From contig CM022679.1 of the NCBI GenBank assembly GCA_012295275.1, forward strand, positions 19,158,001 through 19,222,000: 64,000 bases of DNA. The letters run 5' to 3'. The position numbers were made by a program, and so were the translations under genes. A model generated the notes under the pieces. It did no database searches, was not told where the DNA came from, and was given only the letters and a program-made list of their open reading frames with translations. The DNA is from Chrysomallon squamiferum. Its lineage: Eukaryota > Animalia > Mollusca. Shown piece after piece: positions 39,537-53,904 of the stretch (its first letter is position 1; every line of letters begins with the position of its first letter).

Positions 39537-39576
39537 TAAACAGTTTCTGAAGCTGCTTTACTTCAGAAACTGTTTA
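39537..39576. repeat. Perfect 16-bp stem, 8-nt loop hairpin
   Basis: TAAACAGTTTCTGAAG-ctgcttta-CTTCAGAAACTGTTTA. Confidence 0.9.
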
Positions 39577-40825
39577 TTTGACATTCATAGATGGAATTTA
39601 GCCGCTAATGCTGAACCCCTCATTCTCATCTCTCTTGGTTACTGGAGATCTAATTGGCCGAATTATCTATTTAAATTTTGCTGTTCATCATATGTCTTTT
39701 TTCAGAGTATTGGAAAATGCTGATTATCAGGCTTATATGACTGAATTTTAGAATCTGAATTCCTTGAAAGGTTAGTAGTGACTAATGTAGATAATGTGAC
39801 ATTTAAACAAGCCCCAGAAATTATGTTATCTATTTTGTAACTGACTTAAGTAAAATATTTTAATTAAATTATTTTAAGATGCATGTACCTTTTGAGTGGA
39901 AGTGCACATTAGCCTTTACCGCTAAATTTATGGATATTTAAAATTATTAATATTGGTGCAAATGTAACTTTCACAAATATTTTTAAATCTTCATTCTTTA
40001 TTAAGAACTGACTAAATTTAATCAACCAGCAACTAATGAATATTCAGTGCTAGGAGTTTTAGGAATAAAATGTTATAAAGCGAGTTACTTAATAATTCTG
40101 TACTTTCGGTTGATTACTCTTTCTTTCTTTTTTTTTTTTAATGTATTTCTACTCAGAAATAGAACGTAACAAAGTTAAAACGATCAGCTGTCACTGTTTA
40201 TTTCAGCTTCGTTTCACTCAAACTGCATCTGTTTTGCTGAAAGGTAATTCTCATTTCGAGTGACACACTCGACATCTTCTGCACAGATGAACTTCAGAAG
40301 TGAACTTATCACTGCAATTGAAATGACAGAAATGTGGAGTTGCCAGTCACGAACTTTTCACATACAACGCAAAACCTATTCGTGCCTTCCAGGGGCGGAT
40401 CCAGGAGTTCGGGGGCGTCAATCAATATGTCGGATATAACTTTCAGGATAAAATAAGATTCATTATCAAGAAAAAATATATCGATTGACAAAACAGAGGG
40501 ATCGCGTGTAGGGGCATTTTATCGCGATACCCACTGATTTCTACCCTATTTCTGTGTCTACCTGTCTCACAGGATAGATATAATGCAGTTGATGTATTCT
40601 CCGGATATTCTGTCTTTCTAGGTTTGTGACTGAAATGGGGAAAATGCACCAAGGCAGAAAATCAGCGTTTGAAACTTTGATAGAATTTCCAAAATAGAAC
40701 GCTGTTAATTACTGCGTTAGATCTAAGACATACTGAGTGTAACCGCTCAACTGAATACAAATGTCTGACTTCAGTCATCATCTTCTTCTGCTTCGTTATT
40801 ATTATCATCACTATCATCATCTTTG

Positions 40826-40866
<41 letters not shown>

Positions 40867-41852
40867 GATATTCTGATAATTATTATTTTTACTCTGTTAA
40901 TATTATCTCAATGCAACTGGCGTTCTTGAAATAATTAGAGAAACTTTATTATTTGGAATAAAATATTTATTTTTAATTTTAAAAGTTACGATTAAAATTT
41001 GTTGATGTGACATTAAAAAATCAAAATTGATATTTTTTAATTATGGTTATTTACGATTTCTAATATCAAAAATGTTTGACAATAACAAAATTAGCGTTTC
41101 GTTTTGTATTTTAAAGTTGGAGATGACAAAACAAAAAAATGAAAATTTCATAAACACCTAATATTACAGTGATAGTTCCAGTACAGAAAATAAAAGAAAA
41201 AGAAGAGAAGAAAATAAAAGTTCTATCCGAAATTAGATCTAGCTCGCAAATTATGAAAAATCACATTAACAGTGACAATAAGATATTATAAGAGCTATCT
41301 ACTGAATTAACAGTATTAATTTAGAGTTCAAATATATTTATTCGTTTGCTTATAGTTTTTTTTCAGTTTCTTGTGCCTTTTCTCTGCATTTCTAGAATTT
41401 ATTAACATTTTCGTTTTAATATCATAAATCTTTATTTAATTCTTTGAAAAATTAACCATTACATGTTATGATAACTGTAATCTGTTGTTTTTGTATCTAT
41501 TTGGATTCTCTTCCTTCACTACTTAATTTCTCAGCTAGATTATGAATCAGTGACGAGTAATAAACCATCTTTCTTCTGAGGAACACGGAGATTGAAGACA
41601 ATGATGAATTCTCTGAAACAACGATTTTGTATCTACTTACATACTTCTTTTTCTAAATTCATATTATATGAAGGCACTGACCAATATATCAGGAAATCAG
41701 CAGAATGCCTGATTCACTTATGCATCTATTCATGTATATGTTAATAAGATCCCTAAACAAGCTTGATATACATGATTTGTTTGGATATATCTAGAAAGCA
41801 CACACAAACAATTAAATGTCCCGCGATATGTCAATTATTATTTCTGCTGCTC

Positions 41853-41902
41853 GAAAAAAGTTTCGGATTTCAGAATTTCGGATACGGGATCCTGAACCTG
41901 TA
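41853..41902. mobile_element. Terminal fragment of a Tigger/MER2-like MITE
   Basis: TTCGGATTTCAGAATTTCGGATACGGGATCCTGAACCTG-TA resembles pogo-family MITE ends with a TA target site. Confidence 0.5.
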
Positions 41903-42542
41903 GAGTATTAGACAGGAATCGATTTCCTTTCATTACTCTTCTTTTGATTTTATTATAAAAGGTTGACAGTAAGCAAATATTAATTCTTTAATTTAATAAC
42001 TTCTAATACTTATCCTTTTGAAAATAAAAATGATACCAAGAACGTACTGAATGACTTTACTTGTAGTCATTTATACTACACAGAACTTAACGGTGTAAAG
42101 CAATATCAAATTTAAATAACGAGAAACAATATTTTTATTACTTACTGTTCTGTAATTTATTTTATATTTATCTTTAATACCACTGATATTGCTCTATGAT
42201 TTCCTTTCTTTCTCTCTGTTTTGCTAAAATATACGGATTGTAGCCAAACTGTAGTAAACCAAACAGATGTTACTTAAAACCCGTTGTTTTCGTTACTCGA
42301 CAAACGTATTTAATACCTAAACATGGAAAAAATATACATAGATTTATTTTCATAGCTAATGCTCGTTTTCAGAATTTCTCTTTTACTTACAATTACACGT
42401 ATATTTAAATATAGTTACTTGAAAGGAGAATAGGAAATCAACCTGTCACTGATACACGCAGATATAGACATTCATACATAAATACATATATGCATATGTA
42501 CACACACACATATATAGAGACACAGACATGTACACGCACACT

Positions 42543-42544
<2 letters not shown>

Positions 42545-42626
<82 letters not shown>

Positions 42627-42680
42627 TCACAACAAACATACATACATACATACATACATACATACGAACATACACACATC
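42545..42680. repeat. Compound (GA)n/(GACA)n/(CATA)n microsatellite
   Basis: Direct reading. Confidence 0.95.
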
Positions 42681-43247
42681 TATATATAAATATGTATGCA
42701 AATATAATATCATAAATATATTTTATACAGAGTTGGCTAATATTATAAGATCACCAGCTGCAATATCGTTTTTGTCTTAATCAAGAATGAAGAAAAAGCA
42801 GAAAAATGAATAAAAAAAAAACACTTGTTGTCCTTATTTCCTCCTCCTTCTCCTCCTCTTCTCCTCCTCCTTCTCCTCCTCTTCTTCTTCCTCTTCCTCA
42901 TCTTCTACAGTCATTCTCTCTAATCAAGAATTTGGATTTTTCACATTCATTTTACGAATTCAAAATAGATAATCATTATTCTGATTTTATTTCCCATGAC
43001 CTTTTGAATGCAAATTTACTTTTTCAGAAGTAATTCAATTCAAGCCATCTTAAGCTGTTGTATTTGTTGTGGAAAATTAAGAGTTCTTATTTTGTGGGTT
43101 AACTATCTTGAGGTAGCCACATATTCTTATTGTCTGTAACATAAAACGTTTTTTCAAAGACGTCCAATCTAAAATAGTGCAGATTTATTAGCTTTTGTAG
43201 GTGGATTCTAATTCAATCTGGCATGTTGATTAAAGTATTTATCTAGA

Positions 43248-43354
<107 letters not shown>

Positions 43355-45415
43355 AATACCTTTTCACTAATTGTTAATATCTATTAATAATATCAGTATA
43401 AAAGTCATATGGAGAAAACAAGCAGTATTAATTCAGATCGTTTCGTTCTGAAGTATATCTGTCTATCGCTTTAAATGATATCCTTGTACTGCCACAGGCA
43501 GAAATAATTCAGTGTTAGAAGAAAATAACTTACACCATAGCCAAAGGCCCAGTAATGGGTGAAGTGTAATAAGGTAAAAAGTAAGACTGTAAACAGAACA
43601 TGACTGTTTTTTCTCTGTTTCTACTCCTCAGTGAAAGACATTCAAAATGCTGAATTATATATATTTTTTTTTTAAAAGGGTCAGGTTATCTATCATTTTC
43701 ATGGAGAGAGTTTTTGTATGGCTTTTTAAAATAAACACAATTTTAATATAATTTAATAACTCTAATTTAAAGAAGCTGGATACCAAGTAGATTTTGTCAT
43801 CAGAGTACAGAGTCAAAAGTTATAATAATCATCGTTAAACATTCATTCAGTCGTTCATTCTGAATAATCGCGTACATTCAATGTTTTGTCAATAAATTCA
43901 AGGGAAAGAAAAGAACATTACCTGGAAGTCGTTGTTAAATGAACAGCACAGTAACTTAACTTTAACCTCATAACTTTAATTATATGGAAGACGGACAAAA
44001 TTAAATATATCAATGATCAATGCAGTATAAAATTGCCAGATAATTTAAGGGCTGTTCCGACAGTGAGTTAGCTAAATCTTTGATTTAATAGCCAGAAGAA
44101 CACTGTCTCTAGTTCAGGACAGTTTAGTGCCTGCCACCATCGAGACGTGTTACTGGAAAATAATTTACTTCAACACGTTTGACTTCGACTAGAAACCAAG
44201 AAGATAAACGATTAATGCTGAAGATAAATGATCAGAGATGTAAATCGATATCTAAGTTTATCGTGGTCAAATCTAGTCATTAATGAGTTGTGGTTTCTTT
44301 TTCTGTCTTCGTGTTTAAGTGTTTTTTTGTGTATGTGTGTGTATGTGTGTGTGTGTGTGTGTGTGTCTGTCTGTCTGTCTGTGTGTGTATGTAGGTACGG
44401 TTGCGTGTTATCATAGCTTTTTTTGACTAGAGACAATTTATTTTTCTTGTATCATATATGACAAACATCGGTTGTTTTTTTCAGTTATTAATTTTTATTA
44501 AAGGTTTCATGTGGTTTCCTTTCGTAATGAATTGTAGCATTATTATATAGCAATATAAAATTAAGGGTTCCTGTACGTTGGGAAAATAGTTTAAACTTGA
44601 ACAAGAAAATCGATATAGAGATATACACTAGGTATACACATAAGCAGAAGAAGGTAGGTATATGAAAGTGCTCGCAAATGCACACAAAAAAAAGATAAAT
44701 GGATAAAGAGACAGGCAAACCGCATTACAGATAGAAATAGAAATGGAAAGCATTTGTTGTGAATTAACTATATTTATTGTATCATTTCAGAAAAATAAGC
44801 ATAATTTATAATTGAATATAATTGTTAATATTTTTTCTTTAGAATCTCGTTTAATATTTATATTGTGACTCTGAAAAACTGACTAGATAAATCAAAGTTA
44901 CCTTATTTTCATGATTTTATATATATCTATGTACGAAATGACATTGCAAAACACGACCAAATATCAGTTGTATTAATTTATTTTACTGTCAGACCTTATT
45001 AGCAACGTTTGATGTACTTTGAAAAACAAACAAATAGCTTGTTTGTGTTCAAAATGTTTTAGGTTATTGTACTACAAAAGATGCATAATTATTTTGTAGT
45101 CGTTTCAAACTACTTGTTAATAATTGTGGATATAATGTATTTATATTGTTAACGTCTGAATAGTTTATTGATCATCTCAGAACAAATAATATGAGAAGTT
45201 TTATTTTCTCATTGACCTTATTACTGTTTATCTAGTGTGAATATCCTACAAATATAACTAAACAAAAGCAGAAAAAAAATTCGGTTAAACGAACCCAAAT
45301 AAAATAAATAAATAATATTTGATCAGCGTGTAAAATGAGGTATTGAAAGGGACAAACAGAACATAGTATAATAATGTTTCATCTGTTTATTATCTAATAT
45401 ACCTTGAAATAAAAG

Positions 45416-45469
<54 letters not shown>

Positions 45470-46106
45470 GGTTTAATTGTGCTCCTAATCATTATATTAT
45501 AATTTTTATTTTCAGTTAAATATTTTGTGCCATTTTAAAGATATTTCGCTAAAGAATATTGCAAAACATTTATACAGTTATACATTTTCCATGATTCTAA
45601 GATTATGGACGACCGATGATCCTACAAACATTATTAATTACTCCAGAATTCAATCTAAACTCTGTATGTTCAGCAGAACGAGTGACGTTGTCCAGTAAAT
45701 GCCTGGTCAGTATGGAGCTTTGCTGCACGCGATGCTGACTAGTTATAAAGAAATGCGATTACTCCACTTACAGAGCCAACTGCTATTAAATGCCCAAGTT
45801 TTGTTGATACTTGGTCGCGTGAAGTCAGCGGTGGCTAATTGCAAAAGAACTCAGCAAATAGAATTTAGTTTCACTACCTGTTTGTTTCTTTCGCTTATCT
45901 CTTTAAGATGCGCTTCTTGCACGTGAAAAAAAAAATCGATTAATAATCGATTGCAATCGATTTTTTATATCTTAAATTCAACTGAAAAGAAAATATAGTT
46001 TACTTAGCATTGTGTTTTCATCAACGAATTTTTAAAGAAATTGATAAGTAGTTTACAGTTATGTATATTTATAATTACATTTTTATGTTTTTATTTCTAT
46101 TTTCAG

Positions 46107-46206
46107 GCTGGCATTTCGGTGCATTTATGTGCAAGGCTGTGCCCTATCTTCAAGGCATTTCTGTGTGCGCCTCTGTTAATACGCTTGCTGCTATTGCAGT
46201 AGACAG
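46107..46206 (+). CDS. Same GPCR, shared exon 2 (ECL1-TM3, 100 nt); absent from the ORF track
   Basis: Acceptor ttttatttctattttcag| is followed by (G)[32 protein letters not shown](R), with the WxFG..C motif and TM3. Donor is AG|GTACTG at 46207. Phase 1 in, phase 2 out. Confidence 0.95.
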
Positions 46207-46284
46207 GTACTGTTAAAAAACAGTTTCTTTCTTATCTTTCCTGATTCTATACCTTCATCTCGTTACGGTAATATTATTATTATA

Positions 46285-46353
<69 letters not shown>

Positions 46354-47391
46354 GCGTTAGTAGTAGAAATAGTAGTAATAATACTAGTAGTAGAGTAGCA
46401 GAAGTAGCACTAGTAGAGGGAATGGCTGATGCGGTGGTGGTAGTGGTGTTAACAGTAGTAGTTGAAATAATACTGGGGTGGTTACAGTTGTAGCAGCACA
46501 TATAACGTCTGCAGTAGCGACAATACTTACACCTACGAAACAATGTCTCTTTTGCGTTTTATTTTTTTGAATAAACATCAGAGAAAATCATTAACACATA
46601 TATCATTGCAAGCATTACCATCTTTTAACTTTACACAGCAGAAATAAGATTCAGCCTTTTTGGCAGCCTTTTTCTTACTCTAAACGTTTTTGATGTATAT
46701 CTTCTGTTGAAAATTTCTTTGATAGACGATTGTATTGAAATTCCAGACTTATTAACTTTAGAGTCTTGGAAGTAATCTAGATTCAATGACATTTTAATTT
46801 GTATGGAAGTCATTAAAGTTACAAGCATCACTCTCTCTGACTGTTTGGTTTGTAATGACGAGTCTCTCTCTGTAAGTCTGAATGATGCAGTAAAAGTGTT
46901 TTCAAATGACATGAAGGTGAAACTAGTGTAATTCGGTTCAAGTGAAGTCAGCTGGTGCAGTTGACCAATGTTGTTAGTTCTTTGCCGTCTCACACTGTCT
47001 ACATTTTGAGCAGTGCTTTCTGAATCTACACATACGTCTGCAAATATATACGTCTGTGTGAATACAGATAGATACATACATATATACATATATACATACA
47101 TTCACCCATACCTAGATACATACATACCCAGATACGTATTTTCACAGACGTATATACTTACATACAGACATAATAGCATACACACATTTACATACATACA
47201 TATACACATAGGCACATATATGTAAGTGTTTGTGTGCGTATATATATATATACACACACACACACATATATATATATGTATATGTATATGTATGTGTATA
47301 TGTGTTGATATGTATATAGTTGTGTACGTAAGTACATCTGAGTATATATGTATATGAATGTTTATGTGTATGTATATTTGTTTGCGTGTGC

Positions 47392-47460
<69 letters not shown>

Positions 47461-48764
47461 CATGTATGTATTCTTGTACATATGTATGTATGTTTGTTTT
47501 TATTATGAAAAAAATAGTTAAGAGTGAATGTACTAAAGCAATTGAAGTTCAAACATTTGATTCAGTCATTCGGCAATTTGACATTATTATTTAATGAACG
47601 TTGTTTCTGCTGAAACGCATGCATCTAGTTAAGGTTAAAGCTATATTAGTCACATATATGACTCTTTAAAACTTCTGTGAATCTGCAGATTAGTCAATTT
47701 TAAGAAAAGCCGGTTTGTGTGATGTGTTTTGCCCAGGTGATACTGACTGAAAATAAATATCAATTATCAGGACAATTGTTTTTTGTTGTTGTTGTTGTTA
47801 GGCTTTTGGTGGGGTTGTTGTTGTTGATGTTATTAGAATTTTTATTTTTTTATTATTATTATTATTTTATTTTATTTTATTCATTATTTTTTCATTATTT
47901 TTTTTTTTTTTTTTTTTATCTAAAACATTCATCACAAGGTTTATTTATTATTTTAATTTAATTCGAAAAAAACATCAAATATTACCTTGAAATTTTAAAA
48001 GATTGAAAACAGTGGAGATTATCTGACGATTTTCGTTTTTAATTCTTTAAATAGTACGGACATATGTAATTGAAATATATCAATTTTAAAATCTTTTTAA
48101 TCATTCAGAACTGCACAGCTGAAAACAAATGAAAATATCAAAAAAATATAAACAATAACTAGACAATATTTTTAAATATATGAAGAAATAACATCGAAAT
48201 GGTGCAATATTGCATAGCGGCGTGTATTCTGGCAAAGTTCTCATCATGTCGAGTTTCAGTAGCGTTGTCTCTAAACTTCGACTTTGAACATTGTGATCAA
48301 TGAAAAAGTTTTCATAACAACTGTGTACAAACACATAAAATGACATTTTATTTATTACATAAATAACTGAAATTTATTCCGAATATAGCTGAAAATGTGT
48401 TATCTGTTAATTTACAGAGCAGAGAACGAGTTTGTAAACTATAAAATCTCTGTTTAAAAAATGATTCATGCAACACAAAATAAACGAAGTTTAATTGTTG
48501 TTAAACTTGTTAAGATAAACATCATTTAATCTGTACCTCGTTCTGGTTCTCTATATATCATTATAAAATTCCTGATTTTAATTTAAAGATCAGTATTGAT
48601 ATACAGTTAGAACGAAGCATAAGCAGACAGGCAGCTAAGTGGACATCAGGATTCAAATACAATGTGTAGAATATTTTTTAATAAATGTGACTACCTAGTG
48701 ATGTTCTACCACAAATAACAAATGAATTCATTATATATAGTAGTAGTAGTAGTAGTAGTAGTAG

Positions 48765-48816
<52 letters not shown>

Positions 48817-48897
48817 ACAAAACAATGGAAAACAAGTAAATTAAATTAAATAAACTAATGCCAAAATATTTATAATAGTTTTCTTGAATCATTTCAG

Positions 48898-49696
48898 ATT
48901 CATTGCTATCTGCTTCGTACTTCGACTGAAGATGACGATGCGTATTGCACGTATAATTATCCTCGTCATCTGGTGCATAGCTTTGACGATTATGATACCG
49001 TGGCCTGTTTATTATAAGCAAATCGAATTCCACACCAGATTACAAGACATATATGTTTGCTCACAAATCTGGCCTATCGACAGGCAAAAAAAGGATTTCT
49101 TCATCGCAGTATTTCTTCTCTGCTATGCTATTCCACTAACATTTATAGTGCTGTGCTATGTGATGATTGGACTGAGAGTGTGGAACAGGGACGCGCCAGG
49201 GATCACCACTGAGAGGGGTCTTATTCTAAAATCTAAAATCAGGGTAGTGAAAATGCTACTGGTTGTCGTGATGTTGTTCGCTGTGTCCTGGCTGCCTCTG
49301 TACGCCGTGCACATCAAACTGTACTACTTTGAGCCAGAGCAGTCGAGCGAAGAAATGAGTATAATTAATAATTCTTTACTTCCATTAGCGCAGTGGCTGG
49401 GTTCGTCCAACACGTGCATGAATCCACTGGTTTACTGTCTCTTCAGCAAAAGGATCAGAGATCGGATTCGTCTAATGCTCATATGTGCGTCGGCCTCCGA
49501 ATCCCAGCAGCTGGTGTTTAGTAGATACTATTCGAGCACACGTCACATGACCGTTGATTATTCAAATGGACACACGAAACTGGCGCTGAGAAGACCAAAC
49601 CTCACTGTTGAAAGCATTAGTCTCTATCAGAGGAATAGTGATTCCACTAATGATAAGAGTACGCCTTTGGAGAGCAAGCCCGTAATAGGTTCTTAA
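48898..49696 (+). CDS. Same GPCR, shared terminal coding exon 3 (DRF to TM7 and C-tail)
   Basis: Acceptor atttcag|A completes AGA (Arg of DRF). It encodes the TM4 Trp, ECL2 Cys (VCSQIWP), TM5 CYAIPL, TM6 VVKML...FAVSWLPLY and TM7 [23 protein letters not shown] and SWLPLY are typical of SIFamide/NPFF receptors. TAA ends at 49696. Confidence 0.95.
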
Positions 49697-49756
49697 CAAA
49701 AATATCATTTGGTAATGATATCTATTGCTCAGAAATGTTTACAATGTTTTTATATT

Positions 49757-49757
49757 C

Positions 49758-49788
<31 letters not shown>

Positions 49789-49874
49789 CACGCACATATA
49801 TATACATATATATATATATATATAATCATATACATGTACATATACATATATTACATACATACATACATACATAC

Positions 49875-49942
<68 letters not shown>
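49757..49942. repeat. (TA)n/(TACA)n microsatellite in the presumed 3' UTR
   Basis: Starts about 60 nt after the GPCR stop codon. Confidence 0.95.
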
Positions 49943-49945
<3 letters not shown>

Positions 49946-50285
49946 GTTTAAATATATATTATTTTATTTTATTTATCTCTCTAGCTCTCTATCTATTAGT
50001 ATATTTATCTGATATCAGACTGTTTTGTTTTCTGCTCAATATGGTGCTCCATCTACATCATTTTTTTATTATTATTATTATTTTTATTAATAGTCGATTA
50101 ACACTGACGTTATTTATTTTAATGGGTTCAGTTATCACAATTATTTTATGAGGACGCGCGCAAGAAAGTACTTTTTGTTGTTGTTGTTTCTGTAAGTAGA
50201 CTTATATATTTTTGAATACATGTCGCACATACCGTCTGTTGTTAATGCTGCATTTCTTTGATGAATCTGTGATTTCTTTCTATGA

Positions 50286-50291
50286 AATAAA
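50286..50291 (+). terminator. Candidate polyadenylation signal of the GPCR gene
   Basis: AATAAA about 590 nt after the stop codon, with a second copy just downstream. This is weak evidence in AT-rich DNA. Confidence 0.3.
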
Positions 50292-51730
50292 TTTTAAATA
50301 AACAGATAATGGTGTTGTTATTATTAATTAATAACCATGAAATGTAAATTTATACAGTAATATATTTAAGATATTTTGATTAATTTTTCTTTGTGTTGGT
50401 TTTAAAATTACGTTTTTATAAATAATTTAGAATGAAAAAGTAGTCAGATAATTTTAGTAATAATATAGCCAGATAGACTGATAGATAGACAGACAGACCA
50501 ACAGACAGATAGTCAGATAGACAGACAGAAAGATAGACAGATAGATTGATAGATAGACACACAGATAGATACATAGATAATAACTTCTTTAAAGAATAAA
50601 ACATATGAATTAAAAACAAAAAAGATGACATTTAGTTTGTCATTAAAACCAATATACACACATACACAGGGACAGTATGTCGTAATCATCATATATATAT
50701 ATATATATATATATTTGATTTTGTGATTGAATTTTTTTTTTTTTTTTTTTTTTCATTTATTTACAGGCACATTTACTTAGACAGGCACATTTCAGCAGAT
50801 TACTAATAACATTTTTGAAATAATAATCTTGTATTTGATTTTATTAGTTAATTTGGATTGACTTCGTCTGTTTACTCGAGTTAATTTTCCTACCTTGGCC
50901 TTGTTGTTAGCCACCAGCTGTTTGGAACGGTCAGTAAAACCGACATAGTAACTGACACGGAAATCGACAACATTTGTTAGTTCATCTACCGAATTTAATT
51001 AGAAAAATGTCTTTTGCACAAGAAGACACGCTCACAGGCTTGAAATCCGTTCCTTATTATTCAGCGCTTCATGGGAAATAGCTCCCACCTTTTCTTTGAA
51101 GTGACCGTTTCCCCGCAGGCTACATAAACACTTTCACATATATCAAATTAATTTAATATGGGCGACAGTTCTGTTTGGAAAAGAATGTAATATTGTTGTA
51201 CGGTTCAGTCAAAATAGTTTCTGATTTAGATTAAATAACATTAAATTCAAAGCAAATGTCATTGAATTTTTAAAAATATGTGAAATAGGCAATGATGTAT
51301 GTTTCTGTTATTACATATGGAAATGGCGTCGTTTGTTTTATTTTCATTTTTACTTTTTTTTTTTTTTTTATTTTTATTTTATTTTATTTTTTACATTTTT
51401 TAATATTATTATTTTTTTAATTCTTGTTCTGTTTTTAAAAGCCAAATAAAACACTTGGCAGTAATTACTTACTAAATAACTTTCAATCAAAAACGTTTTC
51501 AGACCTGCATAAAAAGATACGTTTGGTTCGTCTTTCAAAATGAAATAAGTGTAATTATTTAGAAAGTAAAAAACGAACAAATATTTATGTTCTAACGCTA
51601 CTAAATATTCAAACGAATTTATTTGATACCTTTAAATTTACTGTCGGTTACTCTTCACTAACTAAAGACCTTGATACTTGAATGTCACTAAATAAAACAA
51701 CAGAATATCCAAATAAAATTATTTTGTGTT

Positions 51731-51775
51731 TGCACCTGCCCACAGACAGAAAAAAGAAACATGTACCACGGCTTT
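51731..51775 (-). mobile_element. SINE core fragment
   Basis: TGCACC..CCCACAGACAG...TACCACGGCTTT resembles, from memory, the inverted core of the same SINE family. Confidence 0.4.
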
Positions 51776-51985
51776 AATAAACGAACTGTGATGAACTGTC
51801 TGGAATGTGAATATCAACATAAGTAAGGTAGTGCAAATAGTTTACTGCATTTTTTGTCATTCTTTTTAATAATACTGTGATATTCTGAATTTCAATTAGT
51901 ATTTTTTTATTTCAAGTATTATAGCTGCAATCGTTATTCATTTCTTGCTAATTTTGTTTTTGTTCTTGAATCGATTAATATTTTT

Positions 51986-52016
<31 letters not shown>

Positions 52017-53705
52017 TTATTAACAGATCAGTGGCTTTGGGATGGGAATGTCACGAAAATGCATCGATGATCAAATTACTGGAGGAGATATACTAATAAT
52101 AATCTCCATAACAAGGTTGGAAGAATGGTTTGAACTTTTTATTTATTCTCCCATTTAATTGTTCTTGAGAATGATATCGTTTCGTATAGATTTCATTAAT
52201 TTTTAAATGGCTTATAATCTAAAATTAGTTTTTCTGCTACTATCACGGAACCGTAATTGTGAAAAGGATGAACTCTGACGATTCGTTTCCAGGCGAGACT
52301 GACAGAACTAATTTTTGTTATGATATTTGTCTGTCGTCTCTTGTTAAGAAAATGCTCTTTCAAAACACTTTGTAACAAGGACGATGCAACTAATATTTGT
52401 CAGATTTATTCATGATAAATAAAAAAATACATTCATGAAATTACAATGAGAATGTTGGATCACTATTATACGCACTGTTATAATAAAATTTAACTGAAGT
52501 TTACCCCGTCATACATATAAACAACAACGCATTTCTAGTATGCAGGGACATAACTCCTGGAACCTTATCCATTAACCGGTTTTAAAATGATACTTTTAAC
52601 AACATTATTTCAGTAACCTGTTAATAATGAATATTTATGCATCTTGAATTGGAGGTGTAAAATTGTGTTAACATTTTATACTTTATAACTATTTCAGGCA
52701 ATCTGGAGAACATTAAAAACCAGCTACAAATGTCATGTGTTTGTGGGAATTGTTCGGTTACAGACGAATAGTGTCCGATTTTCGATCTATAAATGTTTTG
52801 AAAAAAAACGATACAATAAATGTGTGAGTGTACATAAAAGAAAAGAGCAGTGGCTTACATAGATTTTTCTTTCTGTACCCCGAGGTACTGAAAGCAGACG
52901 CTGCTCCAGACAAAGGCGTGGGTTAAAAGCGGTAAAGTCTGAAAAGCTTGTTTGCACACGAATGTATAGTTAAGATGGCTTCTTTATTAGAAAATATACA
53001 TTCGAAAAAAAATCGAATTGTAACTGCAAATTGTACTGGTGCTGTTCGGCAATGTGCTCAAAGTGTAATAAAATAAAATGCAAATATTACTGCCAGAGGC
53101 CGTATAGATGAACCAATAAAATTGGGTGTCACATACCTCCATAATATATCGCTTGAAACTACTCATAATATCTGTATATGCAGACACGACTTGTTTACAA
53201 AATCTTGGTGCAGATTCAAGTATTATTAGTACTGAATAATTTATTTGCAAGTTCTTTTACTGATATGAAAGCACGATTCAAACGTACTTCATTTTAAACA
53301 TATAATATCTATATGAGAGATACATTATATTATATCAATAACAAATTATTCATACCATGAAATGTTTTGATTTTATGTTATAGTATTTCGTAAACTTTGG
53401 TTCAGCATATACACTGATGGGTTTCTTCCTTTTTAATCATTTTATTTTATTTCATTTCATTTCATTTTATTTGGTTTTGTTTTGCTTTGTTTTAGTTTTA
53501 GTTGTTTTTTGTTATTGTTTTTCTTTATTTTTTTAAGGGAAAGCATATTGAATTTTTTTTTTTTTTTTTTTTTTCTTGGGCCTCTATTGAGATACTTATT
53601 ATTTTCTCTCTTTTTTTTATGTTATTGTTTTTAGTTTGGTTTGGGGGTATTTTTTGTTTGCTTTTGGTGGGAATTATTTAATTAGCTCCAGGTTTTTACT
53701 GTTAA

Positions 53706-53820
53706 CAAATTAAAGCAAAAGTAATTCGTTATGATTTTCCTGAATACATTTTCTAGAATTCTGCTAACCTTATTGTTGTATATTCTTTGGGAGCAAAGGT
53801 TTTTTCTTATCATTGAATTT

Positions 53821-53904
<84 letters not shown>

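Noticed and set aside
40389-40660. CAGGGGCGGATCCAGGA terminus-like word and a V-SINE-like segment
   Set aside because: No partner terminus found and too degenerate to call.
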